A stretch of DNA of 64,000 nucleotides from Candidatus Poribacteria bacterium (GTDB lineage Bacteria > Poribacteria > WGA-4E > WGA-3G), in NCBI GenBank assembly GCA_965242965.1, contig OZ251518.1, positions 736,001-800,000 of the forward strand, written 5' to 3'. The position numbers and the translations under genes are program-made. Below, piece by piece: positions 1 to 15,000 of the stretch (positions are counted from its first letter, which is position 1; each line of letters starts with the position of its first letter). Below the pieces are notes generated by a model that had not been told where the DNA came from, ran no database searches, and saw only the letters and a program-made list of their open reading frames with translations.

Positions 1-3000
1 CAGCAGCCCGGTATCCCAGAACAAGAACATCAGATTGTGCTGCCGAGCAACGGTATCTTTCTCGTCCAGGTTAAACCGTCAAATCGGCGAGACGGCACGC
101 CTTCAGACAAGATACCCGTGGTGACGAACGGCGTGAACACGAACCCGGCATTTAGCAGCGGGACCCAGTTCTGGATTCCCGAGCACCAGACTCGCGTATC
201 GAATTTCACTGCCGCTGCAACCGATGCCGATCCAGAAGACAGAAGGATACGTTATGAATTGAACACAACGTTCGGTGATGCCGCGCTGTTCCAAATCGAC
301 AGCACTACCGGTGCATTCTCTTTCCGTCAACCACCGGACTATGAAAACCCGCGCGACGTGAAGACAGTCTTAAGCAGCTTCCAGACATCCCCTGCGGGAG
401 ACAACGTCTATCTCGTCAAATTCAAAGCGACAGGCGATGTCCCGGATACCTACAAATCTTACACGGTAGGCTATAAACCGAGTCCTGACCGGGCGCGCAG
501 CACCGAGCAGCTAGTGACTATCACCGTTTTCGATGTAATAGAGCATCTCGGCACGCCTGACGCGCCAACGGTGACAGTGTCAGCTCAGGTGGACACGAAC
601 GGTAGGAATAAACTGCTCGTGCGTTGGGATGCCCCTGATAACACTGGCCCGCCGATTATCGGCTACGATCTGCAGTATCGCGATACTGCTACACTGCCAT
701 TCACCGGGAACGGCAACGATGTGGCTTTCACTGGTGCCGGCACCTCCCTCATCTACGCGCGCTCCAACGGCAATGTGAATTATCAGTTCCGCGTCAGGGC
801 GAAGAACAACGATGGCAAAAGCCTCTGGTCTGACTGGGGGAGCGTCGTCATTAATACGCCGCCAGTTTTCAGCAGTGCGAACACCGCCAACGTTGCTGAA
901 AATACGACAAGCACGGGCATCACGGTGACTGCCACCGATGCCGATACAGGCGATACTGCACCCCGTTATGCGATAACCGGTGGTGTTGATGCCGGGAAGT
1001 TTACGCTGGATAGCACCACCGGCGTGCTCACATTCACGAACGCACCCGACTATGATAACCCCACCGATCTGGCAAGCACGGATCCGGTGAATGCAGCGAA
1101 CAACAACGTCTATCTCGTCCAGGTGACAGCGACGAGTGGGGTGGCACCGCGCCTCGCCACTGCCTCGCAATTGATTACCGTGACGGTGACAAACGTGATT
1201 GAACCGCCCGGGACACCTGACGCGCCGACGGTAGTCTCAGGTTTTTCCGCCAACTCTATCCTGCTCCTGAACGTCACATGGACTGCTCCCTCCAATACGG
1301 GTCCGGCGATTGACGATTACGATGTCCGGTACCGCTTCAAAGTCACGAGTGGAAATCCGATTCCGTGGACAGATGCGGGACATACCGGCACCGCCACATC
1401 TCTGCAGCTCACGAATGCGCTGAATAACACCACTTATGAGGTGCAAGTGCGCGCACACAATACGGAAGGCTGGAGCCCCTGGTCTGACTCCGGGGAGGAG
1501 ACAGCCATTGACAATAATGCCCCGCGGTTTACGATGAGTAGCACCAGCTTCGAAGTGCCCGAGCATTACTACAAACCGTGGCGAAAAATTGCGCAACTTA
1601 CCGCCGTGGACGATGACAACTTGGATGACGTTCGCAGCTTCAGTATTGTCGGTGGTGCCGATGCACAGAAATTCAAATTATTTTCTTCTGGCCAGTTGTG
1701 GTGGGATTTTTTTATCAACAGACTCCCCGCGCCTGACTACGAAAATCCCGTGGATGCGGCGAGCACCACAGTGCCCAAAGCGACTGCAGGCGATAATGTC
1801 TATAGCATTGTTGTTCAAGTTGAGAGCGAGGGGATTGCGCCCGGGATGACCGCTCAACAACGAGTCGCAAGGCGCAGGAGCACACGCCAGACACTTACCA
1901 TCACGGTGACAGACGTGGATGAGCCACCCGGGGCACTTACCTCACTTGCGGCGCAACCTCATAGTTCTAATGAGACGCATCTGGATGTGTCTTGGCAGCC
2001 CCCGAACATGACAGGGAAACCGCCGATCACCGGCTATGATGTGCGGTATCGGAAGCAGGGCACTACTGCCTGGTCGATTGTCAGTGCGAAGTATGTTCCT
2101 CTCTTTGCAGGCGCGTCGCGGACGGGTGCCCTGTTGAACGTCGGCCAGGATACTGGCACCGGTGACAAATACATCGTGCTGGACAGGTTGACGAAAAGTA
2201 CCACGTATGAGGTGCAGCTGCGCGCCAAGAACGATGAAGGCAAGGGCCCTTGGTCTGACTCTGCAACCGCTACGACGAACGCGCAACCGACGGTTACCCC
2301 CACCAGTTTTACGGTGCAGGAAAATCAACGCAGTGTTGGAACGTTCTCAGTTACCGATAGCGACCAGCAAGACAACGCCTATATCACTTACGCTATCCCC
2401 GCGATCTCTGTCTCCCTCAGCCCAGACCACGCGCAATTCACGGTAGATGCGCAGGGCAATCTGCAAACGGTGTCGGCGAGTGGCTTGGACTATGAAAACC
2501 CGACATCTGCCAGCGGCACCAATACATATACCTTTACGTTGCAGGTGCGGAGCGGACCAGCTGCGAATCATAAGCGGAATCGCATAAGTTTGCCGACTAT
2601 CACCGTAACGGTAACGAACGGAAACGAACTCCCTGGGAAGCCTAGTCCACCCGGGGTGTCCCCTGCGCCTGCTAGTAATTCCAAGTTAGACGTGACTTGG
2701 AGTGCGCCGAGCAACCCGGGTCCTGCGATAAAATACTACAATCTGCGGTATCGGAAAGGCACCACAGGCAGTTTTACAGTGTTGAATGCCAACATTCTGC
2801 CTCCTAGCGGGGGAGCTGTTCCGGCGCGGCGGCTCACGGGTTTGCAGGCGGATAGCAGTTATGAGGTGCAAGTGCGCGCCGTGAACGGCGAGGGCAGCGG
2901 CCCCTGGTCTGACTCTGGGACCGGCAGGACGAATGCTGCTGGTGCAGATCCGCTAACGGATAATCAGGTACCGCGGTTTACCAGTAACGCGAGTTTTTCT

Positions 3001-6000
3001 GTCGTTGAGAATACGACAGCGGTAGGGACGGTGACGGCGACAGATGCGGATACACAGGATAACGTCACCGGCTATACCCTCGGTGGCGCGGATAGTTCAA
3101 AGTTCCAGATTACCGGCGGTGGTGTGTTAACTTTCATAACCGCACCCGACCATGAAGCCCCGGTCTCAACCGATAGCTCAAACCTCTATATCGTCACCGT
3201 CACTGCGTCAAGCGGTGTCGGGAATAGAGCGCGGACAGCGAGCCAGGTCGTTTCTGTAACGGTGACAGACGTGCCGCCTCCGACTGCCCCCGATTCCATT
3301 GATGTCAGACCTACTTCGGGCACCTCTTTGACTTTGAGTTGGAGTGCGGCTTCAACAACCGCCGGGTATGCTGTGACGGATTACGATGTTCGTTATAGTG
3401 GGGATAGTGGGACTACGTGGACAGATGTGGCGCACGACACTGACGCTAGAAGCGCGACGATCTCGTCGTTGTCTTCCAATATTGATTACTCGATACAAGT
3501 GCGTGCGACAAGTTATGAAGGCACGGGCCCCTGGTCTCCCTCCGCTACCGGGTGGACGAATGCGCCCCCGGTGGTAACCGCGGATAAACTCTACACGGTA
3601 GTCGAAAACAGTCCTCCGTCGACCACAATTGCGACGTTTACGGCTAGCGATGCGGATTCGCGGGATGGCACGCCGACGCTGGTGCTTGAGGGTGCCGATA
3701 AAAGTCAGTTCGTGCTTTCTTCGTCAGGGGTGTTAACCTTCAAGGTGGCACCTAATTTTGAAAGACCCACGGATGTGCTTAATACGGCTCCGACGGCACC
3801 GGCGGATCGTTCTGAGCATTGGGATAACGACTATAGTCTGCGGGTCAAGGCGACGAGTGGCACGGGGCAGCGGTTGGCAAGCACATATACCCCGTGGTTT
3901 AAAGTGCGTGTGACAAACATTCCGCCGCCGGAGAAACCGGCTGCCCCGACGCTCACGGCGGCTTCTGCCACGCCTAGCGAGTTGGGTGTGACCTGGACTG
4001 CGCCGACGACAACGAGTGGGTATCCGATAACCGACTACGATTTGCGGTTTCGGAGAGTCACCAGCGAGAACAACGGTATTTACGCGTATCCCCGGCACAG
4101 CGGGACTAGCAGAACAAAAACTTTGAGGTATTTGGCGACTGGGACAGCGTATGAGGTGCAGGTGCGCGCGAGAAATAGTGAGGGCACTGGCCCCTGGTCG
4201 GATGTTGCGCAGCGTTCGACCGCGGCGAATGCTGCACCTACGTTCAGCACCACTGCGTTCTCGGTAAACGAAGGGCTATCCACTGTCGGCACCGTGATTG
4301 CAACCGATTCGGATTCTGCCGATTCGGTTGTGAAGTATGAGATAGGTGGCGGTTCGGATAGCGCGAAGTTCTCCATCGTTGAAGAGGGGGAAAATGCCGG
4401 GAAGTTGACTTTCGTCTCGCTTCCCGATTTCGAGAATCCGACAGATATTGCGCATAGCGCGCCGACACCGACGAATGCTGCGGCGAACAACGAGTATATC
4501 GTTTTCATCGTGGCGACGAGCGGCACAGCCGCGCGCGAAGAGCAAACGTATCAGCGCATCACCGTGACGGTGAATGACGTGAACGAAGCACCTGTTTTAA
4601 GTCCCATCACGCTCAGCGCGGTTGAGGAGAATACCACGGCGGTGACGACAGTAACCGCAACAGACCCGGATGAGACATCGGGTGGAGAGGCGAGGGATGT
4701 CATCACCTATACGCTCAGCGGTGCCGATAGTGGGAAGTTTCAGATTACACCGGAGGGTGTGTTGACGTTCGTCACGGCACCGGATTTTGAGAACCCCGGC
4801 GATGTCCTCAGTACCACCCCGACGAATCCAGCATCGGATAACGAGTATGTTGTGGTTGTGACAGCGACGAGTGCGGCGGGAACGCCGCGGGAGTTATCTG
4901 CTCCATCGCGCACGCTGATCGTGGAGGTATCCGATGCCCTCGAGCCGCCGGCTGCACCCGATGCACCGTCGGTGTCCGCGGTGACAGGCTGGCCTGATAA
5001 GTTAGACGTGACATGGACTGCACCGGCGAACACCGGGAAGCCGGCGATACTGCATTACCATGTCCAGTATCAAAAGAGTGGTGCGGCGGATTGGACATCG
5101 CATAGTAGCGAGATAGCTGCAGCCACTACCACGTTGCGCATCACGGGGTTAGAGAGCGGTGCGTCCTATAACGTGCAGGTGCGCGCCGATAATGTCGAGG
5201 GTGAAGGCACCTGGTCGCGCTCGGGCACCGGCACAACAAACGCGCTGACATCGTGGCTGCCGCAGTTCGGTTCTGTCGATCCGACGTATCCGGTGGCAGA
5301 GAATACGACAGCGGTGGGGACAATCACGGCGACAGATGCCACGAATGCCGACGTGACATTCTCTATTCCGGGGACAGATACTGCTGGCGGCGTGGATAGA
5401 GCGAAGTTCTCCATTACCGCGGGCGGCGTGTTAACGTTCAATACCGCGCCGAATTATGAAGATGCGCAGGATGCTGAGAGCACATCGCCTGCTAATGCGG
5501 CGGGTAATAACGAATATATCGTCAAAGTGGAAGCGGCGGCGAGTGGCCGTGGAAGTGCCACGCAGACAGTCACCGTGCGCGTGACAGACGTTGATGAGGA
5601 ACCCGGCAAACCGCTTGCACCGACGGTGAGAGCAGCGACTGCCACGCCGACGAAATTAAGCGTCACCTGGACAGCACCTACAAACACGGGACCTGATATT
5701 AACGACTACGATGTGCAGTATCGCGCCGGTAGCACCGGGCAGTTCACCGATGCAAGTTACGATGGCACGGGCACTTCCACAACGTTGACAGGTTTGACGC
5801 AGGGGACAGCGTATGAGGTGCAGGTGCGCGCGACGAATCCTGAAGACACGGGCTCCTGGTCTGACAGCGGCAGCGCGACAACAGCGGGGAATGCGAAGCC
5901 GAGTTTTACTACGATGGCTTTCTCGGTCGTGGAGAACATCACCGGCGTAGGGACGGTAACAGCCACCGATAGTGATTCCGGTGATAGTATCACGCGATAT

Positions 6001-9000
6001 GCGATAACAGGTGGTGCGGATAGCACGAAGTTTTCGATAACGGAGACCGGCGCGAACATCGGGAAATTGGTGTTCAGTGCTGCGCCCGATTTTGAAGCGA
6101 ACGGTTCGGCGGCGAGTAATAACAGTTACAAGGTGGAAATTACGGCGACGAGCGGCACAGCAGACCGGCAGGCGACGACAGCGGCGACGTTCACCATCAC
6201 GGTGACAAACGCGGTGGAGAAGCCAATCGCACCGGGGAGGCCCACAGTGGAAGCGGTTACGACGAACCCGGCGGCGTTGAGTGTGAGTTGGAGTGCGCCT
6301 GCGAATGCAGGGAAGCCAGCGATAACCGGGTATCAGTTGCAGTATCGCAAGGGGAGCACGGGAACTTTCTCGTCAGCGGCGGGGACGGTGACAGGGACAT
6401 CGACGACGCTGCGAGGATTGGATACCGGCACCTCGTATCAGGTGCGGGTGCAGGCGACGAACGCCGATGGAGATAGCACCTGGTCTGACCCGGGCACCGG
6501 CACAACGGCGACGAATGTGAAACCCACTTTCTCATCGACAACCCTCTCGGTTGCGGAAAACGAAACGACGGTAGACACCGTCACTGCCACCGATAGCGAT
6601 GCGAGTGATAGCGTCACGCGGTATCAGATAACGGGTGGTGCAGACCGGGCGAAGTTTTCGATTACGGAGACAGGGACGAATATTGGGAAATTGGTATTTG
6701 ATTCGGCACCGGATTACGAGGCAAGTGCCTCGGCGGCGGGTAATAACACCTACAAGATCCACATTACGGTGACGAGCGGCACCGGTGCCCGGCAGTTGAC
6801 AACGGCTCGCGCGTTCACCATCACGGTGACAGACGCGCCGGAACCACCGGCTGCCCCCGGCACACCGTCGGTGTCCGCGGTGACAGGCTGGCCCGATAGG
6901 TTAGACGTGACATGGACAGCACCGGCAAACACCGGCAAGCCTGCGATACAACACTACCATGTGCGATATGGCGTGGATGAAGCCACGGTGAGTTGGACAG
7001 AGAAAACCGGGACAGCAGATGAGATTACGGGAACGCTGACAACGCGCCTAACGGGGTTATCGTCCGGCGAGACCTATCAGGTGCAGGTGCGTGCCGATAA
7101 TGCCGAGGGAACAGGCACCTGGTCGCGCTCGGGCAAAGGCACGACAACTGCGCTGACAGCGTTGCTGCCGCCGGCGTTCGGTTCTGTCAATCCTCTAACG
7201 TATGATGTAGAGGAGAATACGACAGCGGTGGGGACAATCACGCCGACGAATACCCGGGTGACGTTCTCTATTCCAACGACAGCTGCCACCGGCGGCGTGG
7301 ATAGAGCGAAGTTCTCCATTACGTCTAACGGCGTGTTGACGTTCGTTACCGCGCCGGATTATGAAAATGCGCAGGATCTTGCAAGCACCTCGCCTAGCAA
7401 TGCAGCGGGTAACAACGAATATATCGTGAAGGTGAAAGCGGCGGCGAGTGGCTGGGGGAGTGTCACGCAGACAGTCCTTGTAACGGTGACAAACGCGCTT
7501 GAACCACCGGCTGCCCCCGGCACACCGTCGGTGTCCGCGGTGGAAAACTGGCCCGATAGGTTAGACGTGACATGGATAGCACCGTTGAATACCGGCAAGC
7601 CGGCAATACAACACTACCATGTGCGTTATGGCGTAGATGGAGCCTCGGTGACTTGGACAGAGAAAACCGGGACAGCCGATGAGATTACGGGGACGCTGAC
7701 AACGCGCCTGACAGGGTTAGCATCTGGCGAGACATATCAGGTGCAGGTGCGCGCCGATAATGCCGAGGGGACAGGCACCTGGTCGCGCTCGGGCACGGGG
7801 ACAACAAACGCGCTGACATCGTGGCTGCCGCAGTTCGGCAGTGTAGATCCGACTTATGATGTGGCGGAGAATACGACAGCGGTGCAGACAATCACGGCAA
7901 CAGATGCCACGAATGCCCAAATAACGTTCTCTATTCCGGGGACGGATGCCACCGGTGGCGTGGATAGAGCCAAGTTCTCTATTACCGCGGGAGGTGTGTT
8001 GACATTTGTAGCCGCGCCGAATTATGAAGATGCGCAGGATGCTGAAAGCACATCGCCAGTTAACGCGGCGGGTAATAACGAATATATTGTGAAGGTGCAA
8101 GCCGCGGCGAGTGGTAGGGGGAGTGCCACGCAGACAGTCACCGTGCGCGTGACAAACGTTAGAGAGAAACCCGGCAAGCCGCTTGCACCGACGGTGAGGG
8201 CGGCGGATGCCACGCCGACGAAATTGAGTGTCACCTGGGCTGCACCTACAAACACGGGACCGGCAATTGACGACTACGATGTGCAGTATCGCGCCGGTAG
8301 CACAGGGTTATTCACCGATGCGAGTTACGATGGCACGGGCACTTCCACAACGCTGACAGGTTTGACGCAGGGGACACTGTATGAGGTGCAGGTGCGCGCG
8401 ACGAGTGATGAAGGCACGGGCTCCTGGTCTGACAGCGGCAGCGCGACGACAGCGGGGAATGCGAAGCCGAGTTTCACCACGACAGCCCTCTCCGTTGAGG
8501 AAAACCTCACCAGCGTAGGGACGGTAACAGCCACTGATAGCGATATCGGTGATAGCATCGCGGGGTATGCGATAACGGGTGGTGCGGATGAAACGAAGTT
8601 TTCGATAACGGCATCGACAGGCGCGTTGGTTTTCCAAACCGCACCGGATTTTGAGGCGAACGGTTCGGCGGCGAGTAATAACAGTTACAAGGTGGAAATT
8701 ACGGCGACGAGCGGCACCGGCGCGCGACTCGCAACGAAAGCGGCGACGTTTACCATCACGGTGACAAATGCAATGGAGAAGCCAATCGCACCGGGGATGC
8801 CCACAGTGAACGGGGTTGCGACGAATCCGGCGGCGTTGAGTGTGAGTTGGAGTGCACCTGCCAACGCGGGCAAGCCGGCGATAACCGGGTATCAGTTGCA
8901 GTATCGCAAGGGGAGCGAGAATTTCACGTTGGCGGCAGGAACGGTGACAGGGACATCAACGACGCTGCGCGGGTTGGATACCGGCACATCGTATGATGTG

Positions 9001-12000
9001 GAGGTGCGCGCCGTGAACGTCGATGGCGAGAGCCCCTGGTCTGACACCGGCACCGGCACAACGACGACGAATGTGAAGCCGAGTTTCACGAGTAGCGCGA
9101 CGTTCTCGGTTGTGGAAAATACCACAGCGGTAGGCACTGTCACTGCCACCGATAGCGATACCGATGATAGTGTCACGGGATATGCAGTCACCGGTGGTGC
9201 GGATAGCGCGAAGTTTTCGATAACGGCATCGACAGGCGCATTGGTATTCAGTGCTGCACCCGATTACGAGGCGAATGCCTCCGCCGCAGGGAATAATACC
9301 TACAAGGTCCAAGTCACGGCGACGAGCGGCACCGGTGCCCGGCAGACAACAGCCGCGCAGGCGATTACCGTGACGGTGACAGATGCCACCGAGAAGCCGT
9401 TAGTCCCCACCGGGCTTAAGATAACAGCGACGACGCTCACGAGTCTCACGGCTGGCTGGAATGCGCCGAATAATGTAGGGAGGCCCGCGCTGCGCGGTTA
9501 TGATGTTACGTATCGGCAAGGGAACAGCGGCGCATGGACAGATGCAGGGCACACCGGTGTCGGCACATCGCAGATGCTGAGTTCGTTGACATCGGGGAGG
9601 AGTTATCAGGTGCGGGTGCTCGCGAAAAATGACGATGGTTCAAGTGGTTGGACATCGCCTGTCACCGGCACCACGGAGACAGACACCGCCCCGAGTTTCA
9701 CCAGTGCGGCAAGTTTCTCGCTTGATGAAAACACGACAACTGTCGGCACGGTAGTCGCCACTGATAGCGATTCCGGTGATAGTATCTTGCGGTATGCGAT
9801 AACCGGTGGTGCAGATCAGGCGAAGTTTTCGATTACGGAGACCGGCGCGAACATCGGGAAATTGGTGTTCAGTGCTGCGCCGGATCACGAGGCGAAGGCC
9901 TCCGCCGCAGGAAACAATACCTACAAAGTCCAAGTCACGGCGACGAGCGGTCAGGGCACTCGCAGTCTTTCAACGGCGCAGAGCATTACTGTCACCGTTA
10001 ACAATGTCAACGAGCCGCCTGCGAAGCCTGGCACACCGGTAGTGCAAGCAGTCGCCTACTACGTCGATAAGTTAGATGTGAGTTGGGACCCACCAACGAA
10101 CACCGGGAAGCCGGCGATACTGCATTACCATGTCCAGTATCAAAAGAGTAGTGCGACGAATTGGACATTGCACAGTAGCGAGATAGCTGCAGGCACTACC
10201 ACGTTGCGCCTCACGGGGTTAGAGGCCAGTGCCACCTATAACGTGCAGGTGCGCGCCGATAATAACGAGGGAGAAGGCACCTGGTCTAATTCCGGGATTG
10301 GTACGACGAATGCGAATGCGGTGTTACTGCCGACGTTCGACCCGCCCGAAGGAACAGGCGGTGATGGGCCAACAATAGACCCGCCATCAGGCGTTGATGC
10401 CCTCTATACCGTTGCAGAGAATACGACAGCGGTGGCGACAATCACGGCGACAGATCGCACGAATGCCCAAGTGACATTCTCTATCCCAACGACAGATGCC
10501 ACCGGTGGCGTGGATAGAGAGAGGTTCTCCATTACTCGGCTGGGCGGCGTGTTGAGGTTCGTTGCCGCGCCGAATTATGAAAATCCGCAGGATGTTGCAA
10601 GCACATCGCCTGTTAATGCGGCGAATAACAACGAATATATTGTGAAGGTGACAGCGACGGCGAGTGGCAGGGGAAGTGCCACGCAGACGCTCCGTGTAAC
10701 GGTGACTGACGTTAGAGAGAAACCCGGCAAGCCGCTTGCACCGACGGTGAGGGCAGCGACTGCCACGCCAACGCAATTGAGTGTCACGTGGGCTGCACCT
10801 ACAAACACGGGCCCGGCGATAACCGACTACGATGTGCAGTATCGCGCCGGTAGCACAGGGACGTTCACCGATGCAAGTTACGATGGCACGGTTACCTCAA
10901 CAACGCTGACAGGTTTGACACAAGGGACAGCGTATGAGGTGCAGGTGCGCGCGACGAGTCCTGAAGACACGGGCTCCTGGTCTGACAGCGGCAGTGGAAC
11001 AACAGCGGGGAACGCGAAGCCGAGTTTCACCACGACAGCCCTCTCGGTTGAGGAAAACCTCACCAGCGTAGGGACGGTGACAGCCACCGATGCCGATGAT
11101 ACCGTCACGGGGTATGCGATAACGGGTGGTGCAGATGAGACGAAGTTTACGATTACAAAGACAGGGACGAACAAAGGCAAGTTAGTCTTTAATACTGCCC
11201 CCGATTACGAGGCGAACGGTTCTGACGCAGGGGACAATGCCTACAAGGTGGAAATTACGGCGACGAGCGGCACCGGCGCGCGACTCGCAACGACAGCGGC
11301 GACGTTCACCATCACGGTGACAAATGCAGTGGAGAAGCCAATCGCACCGGGGATGCCCACAGTGGAAGCGGTTGCGACGAACCCTGCCCAGTTGAGTGTG
11401 AGTTGGACTGCGCCTGCGAATGCAGGGAAGCCGGCGATAACCGGGTATCAGTTGCAGTATCGCAAGGGGAACACGGGGAATTTCACGTCAGCGGCAGGGA
11501 CGGTAACAAGGACATCGACGACGCTGCGCGGGTTAGATACCGGCACATCGTATCAGGTGCAGGTGCAGGCGAAGAATGACGATGGGAAGAGCCTCTGGTC
11601 TGCCTCGGGCACCGGCACAACGGCGACGAATGCTGCACCGAGTTTCTCAACGACATCCCCGTTCTCCGTTCCGGAAAACACGACAGCGGTAGGCACCGTC
11701 ACGGCGACAGATGCCGATACCGATGATACCGTCACGGGGTATGCGATAACGGGTGGTGCTGATGAGACGAAGTTTTCCATTACGGCGACGACAGGTGCAT
11801 TGGTTTTCCAAACCGCACCGGATTACGAGGCGAACGCCTCCGCCGCAGGAAACAATACCTACAAAGTAGAAGTCACGGCGACGAGCGGCACCGGTGCCCG
11901 CATTCTTTCAACGGCGCAGAGCATTACTGTCACCGTCGGCGATGTGGATGAGCCGCCTGCGAAGCCTGGCACACCGGTAGTGCAAGCAGTCGCCCACTAC

Positions 12001-15000
12001 GACGATAAGTTAAAGGTGAGTTGGACTGCACCGGCGAACACCGGCAAGCCGGCGATAACCGATTACGATGTGCAGTATCAGAAGAACGGCGCGGCATCGT
12101 GGGAAACCCATGCACATGATGGAACAGGCGTTACCACGCAGCTGACAGGTTTGGATGAGAACACGAAGTATTTCGTGAAGGTGCAGGCGATAAGCCACGA
12201 AGGAGAAACCTGGTCTGACGCTGGCAGCGGTAGAACGAATGTGAATGCGGTGTTGCTGCCGGAGTTCGAGCCGCCCGAAGGAACAGGCGGTGATGGGCCA
12301 ACAATAGACCCGCCATCAGGCATTGATGCCCTCTATACCGTTGCAGAGAATACGACAGCGGTGGCGACAATCACGGCGACAGATCGCACGAATGCCCAGG
12401 TGACATTCTCTATTCCGGGGACGGATGCCACCGGTGGCGTGGATAGAGAGAGGTTCTCCATTACTACGGGCGGCGTGTTGACGTTCAGTGCCGCGCCGGA
12501 TTATGAAAATCCGCAGGATGTTGCAAGCACCTCGCCTGTTAATGCGGCGAATAACAACGAATATATTGTGAAGGTCCAAGCGACGGCGACTGGCAGGGGA
12601 AGTGCCACGCAGACAGTCCGTGTAACGGTGACAGATGTCAACGAGGGCCCGGCTTTCAGTTCGGCGAGTGCTTTCTCGGTGCAAGAGAATATCACGGCGG
12701 TTACCACGGTGACAGCCACGGATCCGGATAGAGAAAGCGATGGCGCGACAGCCCGCGATAGCATCACCTACACAGTGGAGGGCACCGATGCCAGCCTCTT
12801 CTCTATTAGTTCTACCGGCGCGCTGTCATTCTCCACTGCGCCAAACTTTGAAGTTCCCGGTGACAAAGCGAGCATTGAACCGGAGAACGCCGCCGAGAAT
12901 AACGAATACCTTGTGACTGTCAAAGCGACGAGTGGTACGGTAGCGCGAGCGAAGTCTGCGAAACTCCCGCTGGTTGTCACCGTTACGGATATGCCGGAGA
13001 AACCCGGAAAACCCGCTAAGCCGACGGTGACTGCTGTCACCAACAGCGTAACGAAGTTGGACGTGAGTTGGAACCCGCCCGATAATACGGGGCCTCCTAT
13101 CAGCGGCTACAATGTGCAGTATAAGAAAAGCACGGCAGGTTCATTCACGGATATTAGTGGTGACATCACTACCGTATCAAAACGCCTCACCAGCCTCCTT
13201 CCGGAGACCTCTTATCAGGTGCGGGTGCGCGCGAAAAGTGTTGAAGGGATAGGTGCCTGGTCTGACCCGGAGACAGGAACAACGAATGCCTACTCTGACA
13301 TCAGCCCGAGTCAAGACAATCGCAGACCGCGTTTCACGACGAGCAATAGTTTCAGCGTTCCGGAAAATAGCACGGCAGTGACGACAGTGAATGCGGTAGA
13401 TGACGATTCCGGCGATGGGGCTCCCAGTTATGAAATCACCGGTGGTGCGGATAGCGCGAAGTTTTCGATTACGGCATCAACAGGCGCGTTGGTATTCAGT
13501 CCTGCACCCGATTACGAGGCGAAGGCCTCCGCCGCAGGAAACAATACCTACAAAGTGGAAATCACGGCGACAACCGGTGGTAATGGCGACAGGCGGTTAA
13601 CGGCATCGCAAAATCTGACGATTACCGTTACCAATGCAAACGAACCGCCGGATGCACCAACAGGCTTGACGGTGAACGGTTCCACGACTACGCCGATGCA
13701 ACTTGACGTGAGTTGGACTGCGCCTACTGTGCCGACCAGCATTCCCTCACTGAGCGGATATGATGTGGAGTATCGGAAAGGCGCAACTGGGAGCTGGTCT
13801 TCGTTAACACACACCGGCACTGGCAGGACAGCCGCCATTACTAGTTTGATGGCAGGTGCGAGTTATCAGGTGCGGGTGCGCGCGAAAAACAGTGAAGGCA
13901 AGAGCGGATGGGCACAAGAAAGTGGCACTACGGCGGGGAACGCGAAGCCCATTTTCTCAACGACAACCTTCTCCGTTGACGAAAACACGACAGCGGTAGG
14001 CACCGTCACTGCCACCGATAGCGATGATACCGTCACGGGGTATGCGATAACGGGTGGTGCTGATGAGACGAAGTTTTCCATTACTGCATCGACAGGCGCG
14101 TTGGTTTTTGATCCGGCACCAAATTACGAGGCGAAGGCCTCCGCCGCAGGAAACAATACCTACAAAGTGGAAATCACGGCGACGAGCGGCACCGGTGCCC
14201 GGCAGGCAACGAACGCGCAGCCGTTCACCATCACGGTGACAAATGTGCTTGAAGCACCGGAGAAACCGGAGAAACCGACGGTGACTGGTCTTCCTGAATA
14301 TCCAAAGCGGCTCAAGGTCAGTTGGACTGTGCCTACGAACACGGGCCCGGAGATAACCGAGTATCAGTTACAGTATCGTCAGGAGGGCGTGGTGGCTTTC
14401 ACGAAAGCTGCAGGTGCCGTAACAACAGGCACTTCGACGACGCTGCGCGGTTTCACGCCAGGGACAACTTATGAGGTGCAGGTGAAGGCGAAAAACGCCG
14501 AGGGCACCAGCACCTGGTCAGATACCGGCAGCGGCAGCACGGCGGCGAATGCCGACGCAGTGTTCGCAAACTCCGACACTGCCAGTGTGGACGAAAACAG
14601 TCCTATAACTACCAACATCCTCACGCTGAATGCCACGGATGCAGATGCCGGTGACAGCGTCAGTTATAGCCTTAGCGGTGGTGCAGATGCCGGCGCGTTT
14701 ACGATTGCGGATACCAATAAATTGCGATTCACAACGGTGCCTAATCATGAGAGTCCGACAGATGCGGCGAGCACATCGCCTAGCAACGCGGCGCGCAACA
14801 ACGAATACATCGTTGTCGTCAAGGCTACCAGTGGCACCGATGAACGCATGACCACGGCCAAACAAACGCTGACGATTACCGTCACGGATGTTCGCGAACC
14901 TCCCGATAAGCCGACAGCACCGAGTATCTCCGATGCTACCCTCACGACGCTAAAGGTGAGTTGGACTGCGCCAGCCAACGCGGGCAAGCCGACGATAGAC

